From Yuukianura sp. NJ FZ-2021 (Eukaryota): a DNA stretch of 64,000 bases. The translations under genes and the position numbers were made by a program. Below, one piece after another: positions 42,288 through 55,113 of the stretch. The stretch is from positions 6,076,001 through 6,140,000 of the forward strand of contig CM102285.1 of assembly GCA_046563655.1 (NCBI GenBank). Direction: 5' to 3'. A model generated the notes under the pieces. It did not search any database. It saw nothing but the letters and a program-made list of their open reading frames with translations, and was not told the DNA's origin. Numbering within the stretch: the stretch's first letter is position 1; each line of letters starts with the position of its first letter.

Positions 42288-45200
42288 TCAGCTCTCGGAA
42301 AATCGCTGATTACTTGGCTGGTCCGACTTAGTAGATCCAGTACATTGATTTAGATGTCGCAAGTAGTATTTTCTAATTGGGAATCCTTCTCCACAAGCTT
42401 CACATCGGACGTCAGAAGCTTTTTCATGAAGAACTTTGATATGGTTTTTCAATGAGTGGGAGTTTGCCATCGTCTGAGAACAATACGGACATTTCCTCTT
42501 AGTCGAAGCAGCGTGAATCCGGAGGTGAGCATTAAGACTGTATTGACACTTGAAGGACGTTGGACATTGGTCACACTGGAAATTCATTTCGTCTCCAGAA
42601 TGAAACTTCTGGGTATGGCGTTTCAGTACGGAAGGAGTTCGGAATCTCAACGAACATTCTGACACAGGACAGACATACTTCAGTATCCGCCTTCGTCCAT
42701 GTTCATCATGTTTTAACAACAAGTGGTCTTTGAGCGCATTACGGTTGATGCATGGGAGATTGCATTCGGGACAGGGGAATGTTTTTCCATGAACTTTAGA
42801 GCGATGAGTTTCCAGAGATAAATCTGTATTGAACGTTGAACTACAAATTTCACAAAGGAATTGCTTTCCTGTGTGTTTTCTCATGTGTCCCATAAATGTT
42901 CGTTCTGAGATGAAAGATTTGTTGCAGATATCGCAACGGGAGTTCCGAACACACGTGACGTGGTTCAAGTTTTTATGATATTCTAAAGCCACCGTTGTAT
43001 AAAATCCTTTGCCGCAAGAATCATCTTCATCACAAAAATAGGCAAATTCAGCATTGTGACTGAGTTTAAGGTGTCGCTCAAGCAAAATTGTTGATGAAAA
43101 TCGTTCGTGACAACCATCCTGTTCAGAATCAGAATGTGGACAAGAGTAGTTCGGCCGAGTCGCTTGTCCGTGAGCCAGAGTTTGGTGACGAAACAAAATA
43201 GTGCGATTGGTAAATTTGAGTGGGCAGATTGAACATTTAAAATTCCCTGGCTTTTTGGGTGGTTTGGTTTGAACTTGTTTCTTCATTAACTTCTGTGTGA
43301 GTGTGAGTTTCCTCTTTTCACGGCGTTGGACCATTTGTAAACGACGTGAAACGGGCTTAGCAGCAACTTCGTCACATCGTGGAAGTTGCAGCTCGAATCT
43401 TTTTAAAACGAAACTTCCGTTTGGTACGGCAACTTCATATGCTAAAAACCAAGTAAAAAATCGATACATCAGTACACAAGAGTAGGAAAAGTAAGGCAAA
43501 CGCAAACAATGTAATATTGTGTTTACAAAACACTTACTTGCTCTTCCGGCTTTTTGTTTGTCAGACGTCGAAGGTCCGTCCAAGGGCGTCTCCATATTGC
43601 TAAATTCGTCCAAAGTTCCAGAATACTTCAAATTTTGAATTTTCGTTTTGCATTGTTCCGCAGTCCTTGGAAACTTTGAATTTGAACGAGTAGAAACGGC
43701 GTCCGCAATTCTCTCCCACAACATGTTTCGTTTAGATTTGTCTACACCTTTACAACCCCCACTGAACCATTTCTTGTATTCCCTTGCGAGTATCTTAATT
43801 TCATCATCCTCAAAGTTTGGTATTCTTCTTCTCCCTTCCACTTCATCATTTGTATTTGAGTCAGTGTTGGATACCTTCACTTCCGATTTTTCGAAGTAAT
43901 TGTCCATATCACCCTGTTCCTGAAGATCCGATATGAAATCTGGTGAAATGTATCATGTAACGTTTTAATTTTTATACTCGGGTCGTTTTCAAGATCCTAA
44001 GTTTTGTGTGGAGGAAATGGATCTCCTTCACACAAAACTTCATCTCCTCCACACAAAACTTAGGATCTTGAAAACGGCCCGAGTATAGTAAAATATATCA
44101 GTATGATTTGTGTATGAAAAATACCTGTTTGTGAGTCACGAGTGTCTTCCAAACTAGAATCATCGTTAACCAATGCTTGAATACCACCTGAATATAGTAG
44201 ATTGGTGATCTTATGTCGATATTGTTCCACCGTCCGTGGGATCTTCGAAGATGAACCAGCGAACACCGCATTTGATATTTTCTCCCAAACTGCGCTCTTT
44301 TTGGAATGATCTGCTGTAGAGAGTAATTGCAAGTTTTTATAGTATTCCTTCACCAGTATAGAGAGTTCGTCGGGTTCAAAATTTGGAAATCTAATCCTCC
44401 GCGCAACAGATTTGTGATTTCTTTCTATGCTGGGAACGTCTGTAACATCATAACCTAGACACTTTTCTTCATTTGCAGCAAGAAGATTGGGTGTAGAAGA
44501 CCCAGCATCTGCTGAATTGGAAGCTAAAATAAACAAGCACATGGATTATTGATCCAAATCGAGAACATATGTTATCTAAATAACTTAAAATGTTATCCAA
44601 TTTCCAACGTTTCTTAGTTTCACTTTCACTCTGACATCAAGTGCGATATCTCACCGAACAAAAACCACATTTGAAACATACCTGTTGGGTTAGTACACTC
44701 CTCCGGCACCGAACAAGAGTCAAGCAGGTCTTGTATTAAACCCGAACGCCGCAGATTCTTCATCTTATTCCGACATTGGTCCGTCGTTCGGCGGATCTTG
44801 GATGCTGAACGAGTGGATACCGCTTTAGAAATTTGCTCCCAAACAATCATCTTCTTGGTATGGCTCGGATCAGAGAGTACGCTTGCATTTTTCTTATACT
44901 CGGTGAGCAATATTGAGATCTCGTCGGGCTCAAAGTTCGGGTTTCTTGTTGGCAATAGTACACATTCTCCATCACCTTGCATCTGTACCTTTGCGTCATC
45001 AGCTGGTAAATCTGTCACCAACGATGAAACTTCATCAGACTCTGCCAGAGCAGTTGATAAATGTTCTCCAAATATATCTGATTCCATGTTATCCTCCGTA
45101 CTCCGTGAACTCAATGGATCTTGTGCGGATTCCTCATCTGAAACCACAAGTAAAATAGTATAATACTTTTTCTAGTACACTAGACCTTGAAAAGTAGAAC

Positions 45201-46846
45201 TGTAATGTTAATGTATATCTAACACATATAGTTTTTAGTATAGTTGTGGGGAGCAAGTAATTACCCTCTGGTGCAGACTGAACGTCAAACTCAAAAGTTG
45301 AATCGTGGTTCATCATCATCATTTCTTTTAGAAAACCTAGTTGCTTCAAATTCCCAATCTTCCTCCAACATTGCTCACCACTCCGTTGGTATTTGGAAAC
45401 GGATTGATTAGAGACGGTCTTAGCAATTTTGGCAAATGCAGTCTTTCTAATGTTCTTAGCCGGTTTTGTTTTAAATCTTTTTAGATATTTGCCGTACTCA
45501 GATACAAGTATGGTAACTTCATCTTCCTCAAAATTAGGGTTCCTTCGTTTGCATGTACGTCTATCACCTTGTTCAACCTCATTGTCATCGAGATCCGGTT
45601 GTACGTCTTGGAAATGAAGCTCGTCACCGCACTCATCGTCGTACACTTGTCTTGAAGAGGTGGGTACTGCTAGATAGCTATCTATAATTATCAAAAGTTT
45701 GATTGTCTCAGTATGAGCATGACTTTTAAGTGTGACAGTAGTTAAAACCTGCTTACTTGAAGCCGCACTCTCATCGTTGGAAAAGCACAACCCTCCGGCG
45801 GCTTGAAGTCTACCAATTTTAGTCCGACACTGCCAATATTCACGGCTGCATTTTGAGACTTGTGATAATTGAGATGCTATTTCCTTCCAAATTTTCGCAC
45901 GTTGACGAAGTGAACATCCTTTTGCGTTCAGTTCATTGCGTCGTTCGTTGTACAACCTAATAAGCACGGCGATTTCCATGGTACTGAATTTTTTACTCGG
46001 CGCAAGGTTATTGTCCTTATCGCCGTACGTGCTGCTAATCTCAATTTTCGTGACTGCATTTTCAGGATCGTCTCGATGATCTGTAGGCATGGCCTCCGTA
46101 GTTTCGTCCTGATTTAATTCCATGTCACTCCAATTTGTCATGTTATGTTCCCCATTGTTAGTGGTATCCTCAGAGTCCGACACCGTCGAAGCGCTTTCGT
46201 TTGAATTGCATTTGTTTACTGGCGTTACTAAAGTGCTTACTAACACTCCCAAGTTCAGATCTGAAATAAAAATTTTAAACTCATTTAAAAATCTGCTTCT
46301 GAATCTTATTACAAAAAATTCCAAGAATTAAAAGGGACTTTACAACTGGCCATTTTTGCCCTAACATTGTCAGTCAATTTCCGAACTACGGGGTAGTACT
46401 GAGCGTTAGCGTTGCTGGATTGACGTACACAGCCCTCCATGATTTTAATTTTCAGTAATGCCGAAATGTCGTCGATTTTCTTCTGGATTTCATCCAACTG
46501 CCGTAACATGTGATGACCTTCTTCAACTGACTTCAGACAACTACAACAGGCTGACGTTCGCGACACTTCATTGGACAAATCAGACTGTGCTTGGAAATTA
46601 AGTAGACGGGGAACTGACTTCATTACTGCATCATCTATGTCTACCCGCTCCGGCTGAATGGAATCCAGCAAGTTGACAGAACAGAACAAACAAGTCCTGT
46701 GGTACGTGTCCTTATTATCTAAAGTATGCCATACAAAGCACATTATTATGATTTAGTACCTGGTGTTAATATCGTAGCAAATTACGTTATAATTCCGTTA
46801 TATTACGTTATTAAGCTTCCTTACCAAGTAATAGGAAGCAATCCAT
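42288..46846 (-). CDS. ZAD-like + 5 Myb/SANT-like (MSANTD/MADF-type) + 10 C2H2/C2HC zinc-finger transcription factor, copy A, multi-exon
   Basis: ATG at 46846 (MDCFLLL|intron). CLFC..CCSC N-terminal domain. Repeats of PNF..DE..IL..EY...W..I...VS....RT..QC..KI..L in ORFs 45134-46324 (x2), 44626-45147, 44060-44542 and 42288-43907. Terminal exon carries 10 fingers. Internal exon borders are approximate. Confidence 0.85.
43973..44087. mobile_element. Intronic MITE, TA-flanked
   Basis: ~43 bp terminal inverted repeats TATACTCGGGTCGTTTTCAAGATCCTAAGTTTTGTGTGGAGGA (1 mismatch) around a short spacer. Confidence 0.75.
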
Positions 46847-47042
46847 TTCCAATACCTTCTGTGACCTCGTTTTCTAGCAGAGCTCCAGTCCAGGCTTCAC
46901 CAACTAAAATCGATGTTTAACAACTAATAACAGCGTGAACTTTGCAATCATATTTCTTTAGTAGAGCTCACTAACTTATTTAGTTAACTTCTTTCTCCCG
47001 GCTTCCGTTTTGTATAGAAATTGGGGTTGAGGTAAGCTTTAA

Positions 47043-47252
47043 CGACCGTCATTGTAGCCGCACAGTGTAGCCGCTCCGCCATTTTTTTGTGGCTACAATA
47101 GGTGACTACACTGTGTGGCAACTTATGTTGCCACTTTAGGTTAGGTTAGGTTAGGTTAAAGTGGCTACTTAAGTTGCCGCTCAGGTGTAGCCACCCATTG
47201 TAGCCACAAAAAATGGCGGAGCGGCTACACTGTGCGGCTACAATGACGGTCG
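47043..47252. mobile_element. Palindromic MITE with TTAA target duplication and central (TTAGG)4
   Basis: Arms CGACCGTCATTGTAGCCGCACAGTGTAGCCGCTCCGCCATTTTTT.. are mirrored at the right end. TTAA at 47039-47042 and 47253-47256. Confidence 0.85.
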
Positions 47253-47504
47253 TTAATCCTTACCTTGACCGAAATTGGAAAAGCAACATTTAACCTACAC
47301 TAATCCTCAGAAATATCCGAAACGCTGTAATGCGATAATTGCGACTGCGAATCGTTGCCAATTGAAAACATTTCACGACGTTGTAGATGTGTTTACTATA
47401 GTTTTTGCAGGTTTCCAGTTTCTTTCTAACTCAATTAAATTTATTAAATCTCTTTCATAAAGGGATGAAGGAAATCCGCGTGCAAGACTCACTGTGTCCT
47501 CATA

Positions 47505-47612
47505 CAGGGTGGGCACGGAGTCTCCGTATCCTCTTTCGTTTCTTCTCACTTAAAACTCATGCGAGAGTTTCTCTTTCTTTCACTTGGAAAGGAAGACTCC
47601 GTGCCCACCCTG
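47505..47612. mobile_element. Tc1/mariner-type MITE (CAGGGTG termini, TA target duplication), copy 1
   Basis: 19 bp TIR CAGGGTGGGCACGGAGTCT, TA on both sides. Confidence 0.85.
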
Positions 47613-47743
47613 TATGCACAGCAGGGACTTCTATCCCTTCTTATACCACTATATCACTCCTGCTCTGCTCATGTTCGCCTTCCCTTCTCTACAACACCAT
47701 ACCGCAGCTGATATGCTGATCTTGGGCAGAAGTAAACTTCGTA

Positions 47744-47860
47744 CAGGGTGGCCCGGTGAAGTCCTTACCCAAGTGAAAGAAAGAGAAACTCTCACATGAG
47801 TTTCTTATGACAATAGTGAGAGGAAAAGAAAGAGGGTAAGGACTTCACCGGGCCACCCTG
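47744..47860. mobile_element. Tc1/mariner-type MITE (CAGGGTG termini, TA target duplication), copy 2, inverted relative to copy 1
   Basis: 27 bp TIR CAGGGTGGCCCGGTGAAGTCCTTACCC, TA on both sides. The interior is a diverged reverse complement of the copy 1 interior. Confidence 0.85.
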
Positions 47861-48577
47861 TACCAAATGACTGTACCCCCAAATAAGAGTTTAGTTTAGT
47901 TTAGTAAACATAGTTTAGTAAATTTTTAATCTCCTCTAATAGTTAATTTCTTTTTAACCTAACCTATTTGTCATTAGGTTAGACTAACCTGACGGTCCAG
48001 AGATAAGGTCCTCGCTTTGAAATGAGAAGAAACTGTTACACCATAAGGACGTAGGTTTCAGGGGATCATTCATCATGTGACAGTTTACTTCAACCAAGTC
48101 AAAGTGGGAGCAGGAACCAACTTCTCTTTCATTCCAATTCAGGAGTTTCAGCTGTTCTCATTACTTCCTCTTCGATTTCATGAATTTAAACTTTTCTAAA
48201 GTTTAATTTAACGTGAATTAACGTAAATTCAGGCACTTCATTTTAGAATTAAGGTCAGGCTAATTTGTGATTGGTTAGGATTACATATAACGTTAGTGCA
48301 GATAGGTTATTTCAATTTGTTAGGTTATTAGGCTTTTAAGGGGAAACAACTTTTATATCATACTCTTATTATTGCACGATCCCAAATACACAGTCCTGTT
48401 GTCCTCTGCGTGTGAGTGAAATGAGAGTTAACTCCTGCCTCTCTTATTCACTTTGTGTGAACAGGAGCAAACCATAAACAGTTAACTCTCACTCAAGCAC
48501 ACGAGGAAAAGAAGCTATATGTCGTAGTAGTGGTCTTCTTATTCACTCTCCTCATTTACTCTCCCAATAGTGAATCT

Positions 48578-48784
48578 ACCCTCCGCTGCGCGCATGACAA
48601 TTTTGTACAAACAACGGTTGAAATAAACTAAATATTGGATAATTGTACCCAACATTTGTTTTTGGCCAGTCTTTTTGTAAATTTAACTATTGGGTAATCG
48701 TTTTTTGTGTGATTAGTCAGTCAAACTGGTACGTACGCTACAGTCTAGAATCTTTCGGTGGCCGTAGGCCACCGAAGATTCTAG
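48578..48784 (+). mobile_element. Helitron/Helentron-like repeat with 40 bp terminal hairpin, copy 1
   Basis: Similar to 63511-63721. Ends in the hairpin CTAGAATCTTTCGGTGGCC-GTA-GGCCACCGAAGATTCTAG followed by TT. Confidence 0.6.
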
Positions 48785-49142
48785 TTGAATATAATGTTGT
48801 TAACTGAAAGAATATGTCCCTCTATGCGTCAACTGGTATCCAAATATTTTTAGTTTAAGTATACTTATACTTGAATTTAGTTCAGTTTAATTATCGAGTA
48901 GTAAAATAATTAAACTACTAGTAGTAGGTAGGTAATTAGAAGAACACAATAAAAATGCTAATTCACACACTGTACGATGGAGGCTACGAAGAGACCTTTC
49001 AATTTTTTCAGTATTTACATAGGTCTCTACTGCAAATTATGTAGCGGCAAAGTCCCGGTAAAAATTTAGGATAGCTCCCGTATTGAAAAGTTAATCCAGT
49101 TAAATTGGATAATTGTGCGTTGGTACTGCCTTGAACGCAGAA

Positions 49143-52100
49143 TCAGCTCTCCGAAAATTTCCGATTATTTTGCTGGTTGTTTGAAGCAGGACATTGACTC
49201 AGATGCCTCAAGTAGTATTTTCTTATTAGAAATCCTTCTCCACAAGCTTCGCATTGGACCCCACATCGTTTTTCATGAACAACTTTGATATGATTTTTCA
49301 ACGACGTGGAGTTTGCCAGGGTCTGAGAACAATGTGGACAATTCTTCTTACTCGAACCAGCGTGAATCCTGAGGTGAGCGGTAAGACTGAATTGACACTT
49401 GAAGGAAGTAGGACACTGGTCACAATGGAAATTCCTTTCGCCTCCAGAATGATACCTCTGAATATGATATTTCAGTTTGGAAGGAGTCTGGAATCTCCTG
49501 GAACATTCTGGCACTGCACAGACGTATTTGAAAATTTGGTTTGGTCCATACTCGTCGTGGTTCAACAAAAAGTGTTTTCTGAGTGCGACCCGGTTGGAGC
49601 ATTGGAGATTACACTCTGGACATGGGTATGTTTGTCCATGTACTTTGGCTCGATGGGTTTGCAGGGATGAACCTGTTTTGAACGTTAAACTGCAAATTTC
49701 ACACTGTATTTTCTCCCTGTGTCTTCTCATGTGTCGCTCATATGTGACTTCCAAATGAAAAGACTTTTTGCATATATCACAACGAAAGTTCAAGGATGGG
49801 TCATGGTTCCTCTTTTTATGACGATTCAAAGCCGCTTCAGTGTAAAATCCTTTGCCGCACTCATCGTCTTGATCACAAAAATAAGCCAATTCGGCGCGAT
49901 GAGTGATTTTGAGGTGTCGCTCCAGCAATACCGTCGAAAAAAAGCGTTCGTAACAAGACTCCTTTTCTGTAGAACGTGGACATGAGTAGCTTGGGCGGCT
50001 GCTTTGGTCTCCATGAGCTGCCGTTTGGTGACGTAGCAAAATATGACGATTGGTGAACTGACGTGGGCACATTGCACATTTAAACTTCTCTGGTATTTTG
50101 GGCGGTTTTGTTTGAATTTGCCTCTTCATCAACTTCTCTCTGAGTTTCATCTTTTCACGATATTTGAGACGTTGAACCATTTGTAAACAATATGATACAG
50201 CTTCACCACGAATGTGGTCACATCGTTGAAGTTGTACATCGAGTCCTTTTAACACGAAGACTCCATTCGGCAGCGAGACTTCGTATGCTAAAAATGAAGT
50301 GAAAATCAATGTAAAAATGGGACGTTAAAAATCAAATTAGAAAAAAAATCTAAAGTCTGGTGCATTCTACACTGTGCTTACTTGCTCGATGACTGTTCTT
50401 ATTAGGCGTTGAAGTTCCACTAAAAGATGAGCCGCTGCCGTTAAATTTGTCCAAAAAGCCTGAATTCCTAATAAGTTTCAATTTTGTTTTGCATTGTTCT
50501 ACGGTCCTGGGAAACTTTGAGCTTGAACGAGTAGAAACGGCGTTTGCAATTCTTTTCCACAGCAGCATGCGTTTCAACATCCGTACATTTCGAGTGCCAC
50601 CATCACTGAAATATTTTTTGTATTCAGCTGCGAGTATCCTAACTTCATCTTCATCGAAGTTCGGCATCCTCCTCGTTCCCTTCACCTCGATATCACGATT
50701 TGAATTTGCGAAGGAGTTGGATAGGACGTAACTGTCATTGTAATCCTGTTCCTCATGATTCGAAGTCGAGTATACTGCACCACCAGTGTTCGACTTCGAC
50801 ATTCCTGTGTTCTCTCCAGATCCATCTTTTGATTCTTGTGCACCCTCAAGGTGTGATTCGGATTGCAAGTAATCCGTCTCCCGGTCATCATCGTGACCCT
50901 GATGACTAGGTCCAGGCTCTATTTCATAACAAAAACAAAGTAAAACAGAGCAAACTAAAAAGTAAAATCAAAATTGCACAAACTTAGTCTTGATTTTATA
51001 AAAATGTAATCCATAATTTCAAGGTTTTATTTTTTAAATACCTGACTCATGAGCAGCTTCCGAAACGAAATTATCGTCAATTAAGTCTTCCATATCAGCA
51101 CCAGAATAGCGGAGACTTTTGATCTTGTTTCGACATTGTTCAGCCGACCGTGGAATATTTGAAGATGAACCAGTGGATACAGCGTTTGCAATTTTCTCCC
51201 ACACAATTATCCTGTCGCTAAAATCCGTTGAAGAGAGAAGTTCCAAATTTTGGCGATATGCGTTTACCAAGATCGACAGTTCATCAGACGCAAAATTAGG
51301 GTATCTCCGCCGCCTTTCGGTAAATTCGCGATTGGTTTTTACGCCTTCAGATGCTGATCCCTCAAACTTGTAGTAGTTACTATTGTCATTATTCAGCTGG
51401 TGCGATGCGAGACCGGCATCTAGTAACGAGTCACAAAATTGTAAACATATTTTAGATTAATAAAGAGTAAGTCTTTCTGAAACCGGTAAATCCGGAAAAA
51501 AAAGTGACCCACGATAATTTTGATTTTTCTGAAACTTGGCATTATTGAAAGTACTACAAAAAGAGAATTTTTGGCTATTTTGGTTTTGACCTTTGACCTT
51601 CAAGATGGCGGCCAGGGTAGGTCAAAGTTGCAAAAAGTGACTTTTTGGTACACCGATAACTCATGAACGAAGGCACGTAGCGAGCTGGAATCAACGGCAA
51701 ATTGAAGCCCTTAAAATTCCCCAGATCCGTTTTTCTTGCGGTGTCCCTAGGTGCCCTTGACCTTAGAGGTCAAGGGTCAGCCCTTATGACAACCCTTGTC
51801 AAGTAATACCTCGTTGGAAAGCCCTCATCAAGCTGATTCAGAATATATATACATATTGATGTTTTCAAACTACCCCTTGACCTGGAGAGGTCATACTATC
51901 CGTTCGAGGACCAAAAGATCGCTGCTTGACCTCTGTAGGTCAAGGGCTAACTCGAAAGTAACAACATCTATATATATTCTGAATCAGCTTGATGAGGGCT
52001 TTCCAACGAGGTATTACTTGACAAGGGTTGTCATAAGGGCTGACCCTTGACCTCTAAGGTCAAGGGCACCTAGGGACACCGCAAGAAAAACGGATCTGGG

Positions 52101-54977
52101 GAATTTTAAGGGCTTCAATTTGCCGTTGATTCCAGCTCGCTACGTGCCTTCGTTCATGAGTTATCGGTGTACCAAAAAGTCACTTTTTGCAACTTTGACC
52201 TACCCTGGCCGCCATCTTGAAGGTCAAAGGTCAAAACCAAAATAGCCAAAAATTCTCTTTTTGTAGTACTTTCAATAATGCCAAGTTTCAGAAAAATCAA
52301 AATTATCGTGGGTCACTTTTTTTTCCGGATTTACCGGTTTCAGAAAGACTTACTCTTAAAATATATTTTAAGATGTTAGTCTGCTTCTGCCGTCTTGATC
52401 ATAATAGAAGAAAAGTTATTTATCAACAATACCTCCTTCCTTAGCAAACTCCTCCAGCATCGATTTATCGTCAAGAAGTTCATGCAGCAGGCCACAATAG
52501 CGTAGGTTCTTAATCTTCAACCGGCATTGTTCCATCGTCCGTCCAATTTTTGACGCCGAACGAGAGGATACTTCTTTCGCAATATTGCCCCATATAATTC
52601 TGTTCTCGGAATGCCGAGCACCGGAGAGCTGCTTTAAGTTTTTTTGGTACTCGGTTACTAGTATTGATATTTCATCCGGCGCAAAATTTGGATTTCTATA
52701 TGGCCGGACAACGGATTCGCGATTTAATTTTATGTTGTGGGGATCATTATCATCCGATGCTTCTGGTAACTTAGAATTATGACATAAATTGTCGTCATCC
52801 TGATGAGGGTGATTCATCGCTTCATTAGAATCTGAATCAGCATCTAAAATTAAGATAAGTATTATTTAGAATGCGTTTTAGTGGTTTCATAAATGCAAAG
52901 TAATTGACTCAACATTCTAAGCGATAGTTACCTGTATTAGCAGTATATTCCAATCTTGAATCATTGTTCATCAGTTCACTCAGGACTCCACTTCGCCGTA
53001 GTTTCTTGATTTTTTCGCGACATTGAGCTGCAGTACGTTTCAAATTGAATGGCGTACAAGTTGAAACGACGCGCGCAATATTCTCCCACATAATCCTCTT
53101 CTCTAATGCGTTTGGTTCATTCCCAATGTCGAAGTGTTTCTTGTACTCTGTCACTAGCAAAGAAATTTCATCGGGCGTAAACGTAGGGAGTCTAGTCCGG
53201 ACAGTTGGTTCGTGTTTTGGAAGTTGATCAGAATTCGTGCTTTCCTGCATGTTGCCAACACTCAGTGGATCTTCCTCTCCTGAATCGTCATCTGAAATTC
53301 ACACCCAACTCGACATGATTATAATAAATTATAACTAACTTAGCCAGTTCATTCAAACACTACCTGGGTCAGTCGTACCAACGGAGGTGGAATCAGCGTT
53401 CATCATTTCGTTCAGAACACCAATATGCCTCATATTCCTAATTTTCCTCCGACATTGCTCAGCAGTCCGTTGGAATTTTGAAACGGAACGAGTAGAAACA
53501 GCTTTCGCAATTTTGGCAAATGCAGCCTTCCGAATAGCTTTAGGCACAGTTATCCCTTTGTATCTATTTAGATATTTCTTGTACTCAGACACAACTATGG
53601 TAACTTCGTCATCCTCAAAATTACGATTCCGTCGGTGACAATGAATTCTCTCATTTTCTGAAGCTTGACCGTCGTCTGCTTCTGGCAGGAAGGAGTTTGC
53701 GAAATTATCCTCGGCATGTTCCTCATGGTCCTCGTCTTCTTGTCCCTGCTCATTACGAGTAGTGGGAACTGTTACAACACTATCTAAAATTACGAAGCAA
53801 CAATGAACGCCGATCTTGATTCGTAAATACGTGGTACAGCTGATGTGATGGAATTCAAAACTACTTACTTGAAACTACATTATCGTGAGGGGAAGAATCG
53901 AGTCGTCCAGCAGCTTCAAGTTCTCCGATTTTTGTCTGACACTGTAAAACTGTATGACTGCATTTCGACACTTGAGATAATTGAGATGCTATTTCCTTCC
54001 AAATTTTCGTACGTCGACGAAGTGAACTTGGTTTGGTTTTCAGCTCACTACGCCGTTCCATATACAACTTGACAAGAACGTCTAGTTCCTCTGTACTGAA
54101 TTTTTCCGTTCGTGCAAAATCATCGTGATTGTTGTCGTCAGTGCTGCTAATTTCTAGTTTGCGTTCTTTATTTTTACCATCTCCGTCTTGTTCAGCAGGT
54201 TTTGCTTCCGTAGTTTCGTAATTCGAGTCGCTGTCATTCCAATTGGCATCGTTAGTCATATCCTCCGTGTCTGATAACGTCGCATCGTGTTCACTCGAAC
54301 GGATTTTTTTGATTCTGGGCTTGACTAAAGTGCTTACTAAAGCTCCTAAGTCCAGATCTAAAATATAACTTTAAGTTTATTAAATCTGCTTCTGAATCTG
54401 TTTAGAAAATTTAAAAAATTAAACGAGCCTTGACTTACAGCTGGCTATGTTTGCTCTCACTTTGTCAGTCAATTTCCGAACGGCAGGGTAGTACTGAGCG
54501 TTGGCGTTACTGGATTGACGTACACAACCTTCCATGATTTTGACTTTTAGTAATGCCGAAATGTCGTCGATTTTCTTCTGGATCTTATCCAGCTGCCGCA
54601 ACATGTGATGACCTTCTTCAACGGACTTCAAACAACCACTACAGGCTGACGTTCGCGAGACTTCATTTTCCAAATCAGGTGGTGCATGGAAGTTTAGTAG
54701 ACGAGGAATCGATTTCATTACTGCATGCTCAATCTGCTCCGGTTGACTGGAATCGAGTAGATCGACGGAACAGAATAAACAAGTTCTGTGGTACGGTTCT
54801 ATGCAGTCTAAATTACAGACCAAATCGCATTAGACTATACATTGCGCTAAGGAATTTGTTGCTGTGCCATGTTCTGTGTTCGGCACAAAATAGTATGTGC
54901 GAATTACTTAGTTCCTAAATTTTATTTAGCCTTGCTAATAACTTACCATCAACACCATGTAACGCGATGCAATCCAT
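49143..54977 (-). CDS. ZAD-like + 6 Myb/SANT-like + 10 C2H2/C2HC zinc-finger transcription factor, copy B, multi-exon
   Basis: ATG at 54977 (MDCIALHGVD|intron). Paralogous to copy A. Myb/SANT-like repeats in ORFs 53861-54259, 53353-53592, 52909-53250, 52416-52817, 51034-51270 and 50350-50868. Zinc-finger exon 49143-~50288. Confidence 0.85.
51463..52357. mobile_element. 895 bp foldback palindrome (389 bp arms, 117 bp spacer) inside an intron
   Basis: 51463-51851 is the reverse complement of 51969-52357, with no indels and no mismatch noticed by eye. Confidence 0.9.
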
Positions 54978-55113
54978 TTTCAGTCACCTCCAATTCCAAA
55001 TCTGAGTTCACATTCAACAAAGACTGTTCATTGAGTATAAGCTTAAATTAATTAAATTAATGACGAAGGACAATCTTTCACATTTGTTTGCTTCTTACCA
55101 CTGTACTACTAAG

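Noticed and set aside
51796..52444. ORFs 51796-52050 and 52217-52444 as a transposase of the foldback element
   Set aside because: They are short, have no transposase motifs, and are incidental to the palindrome.
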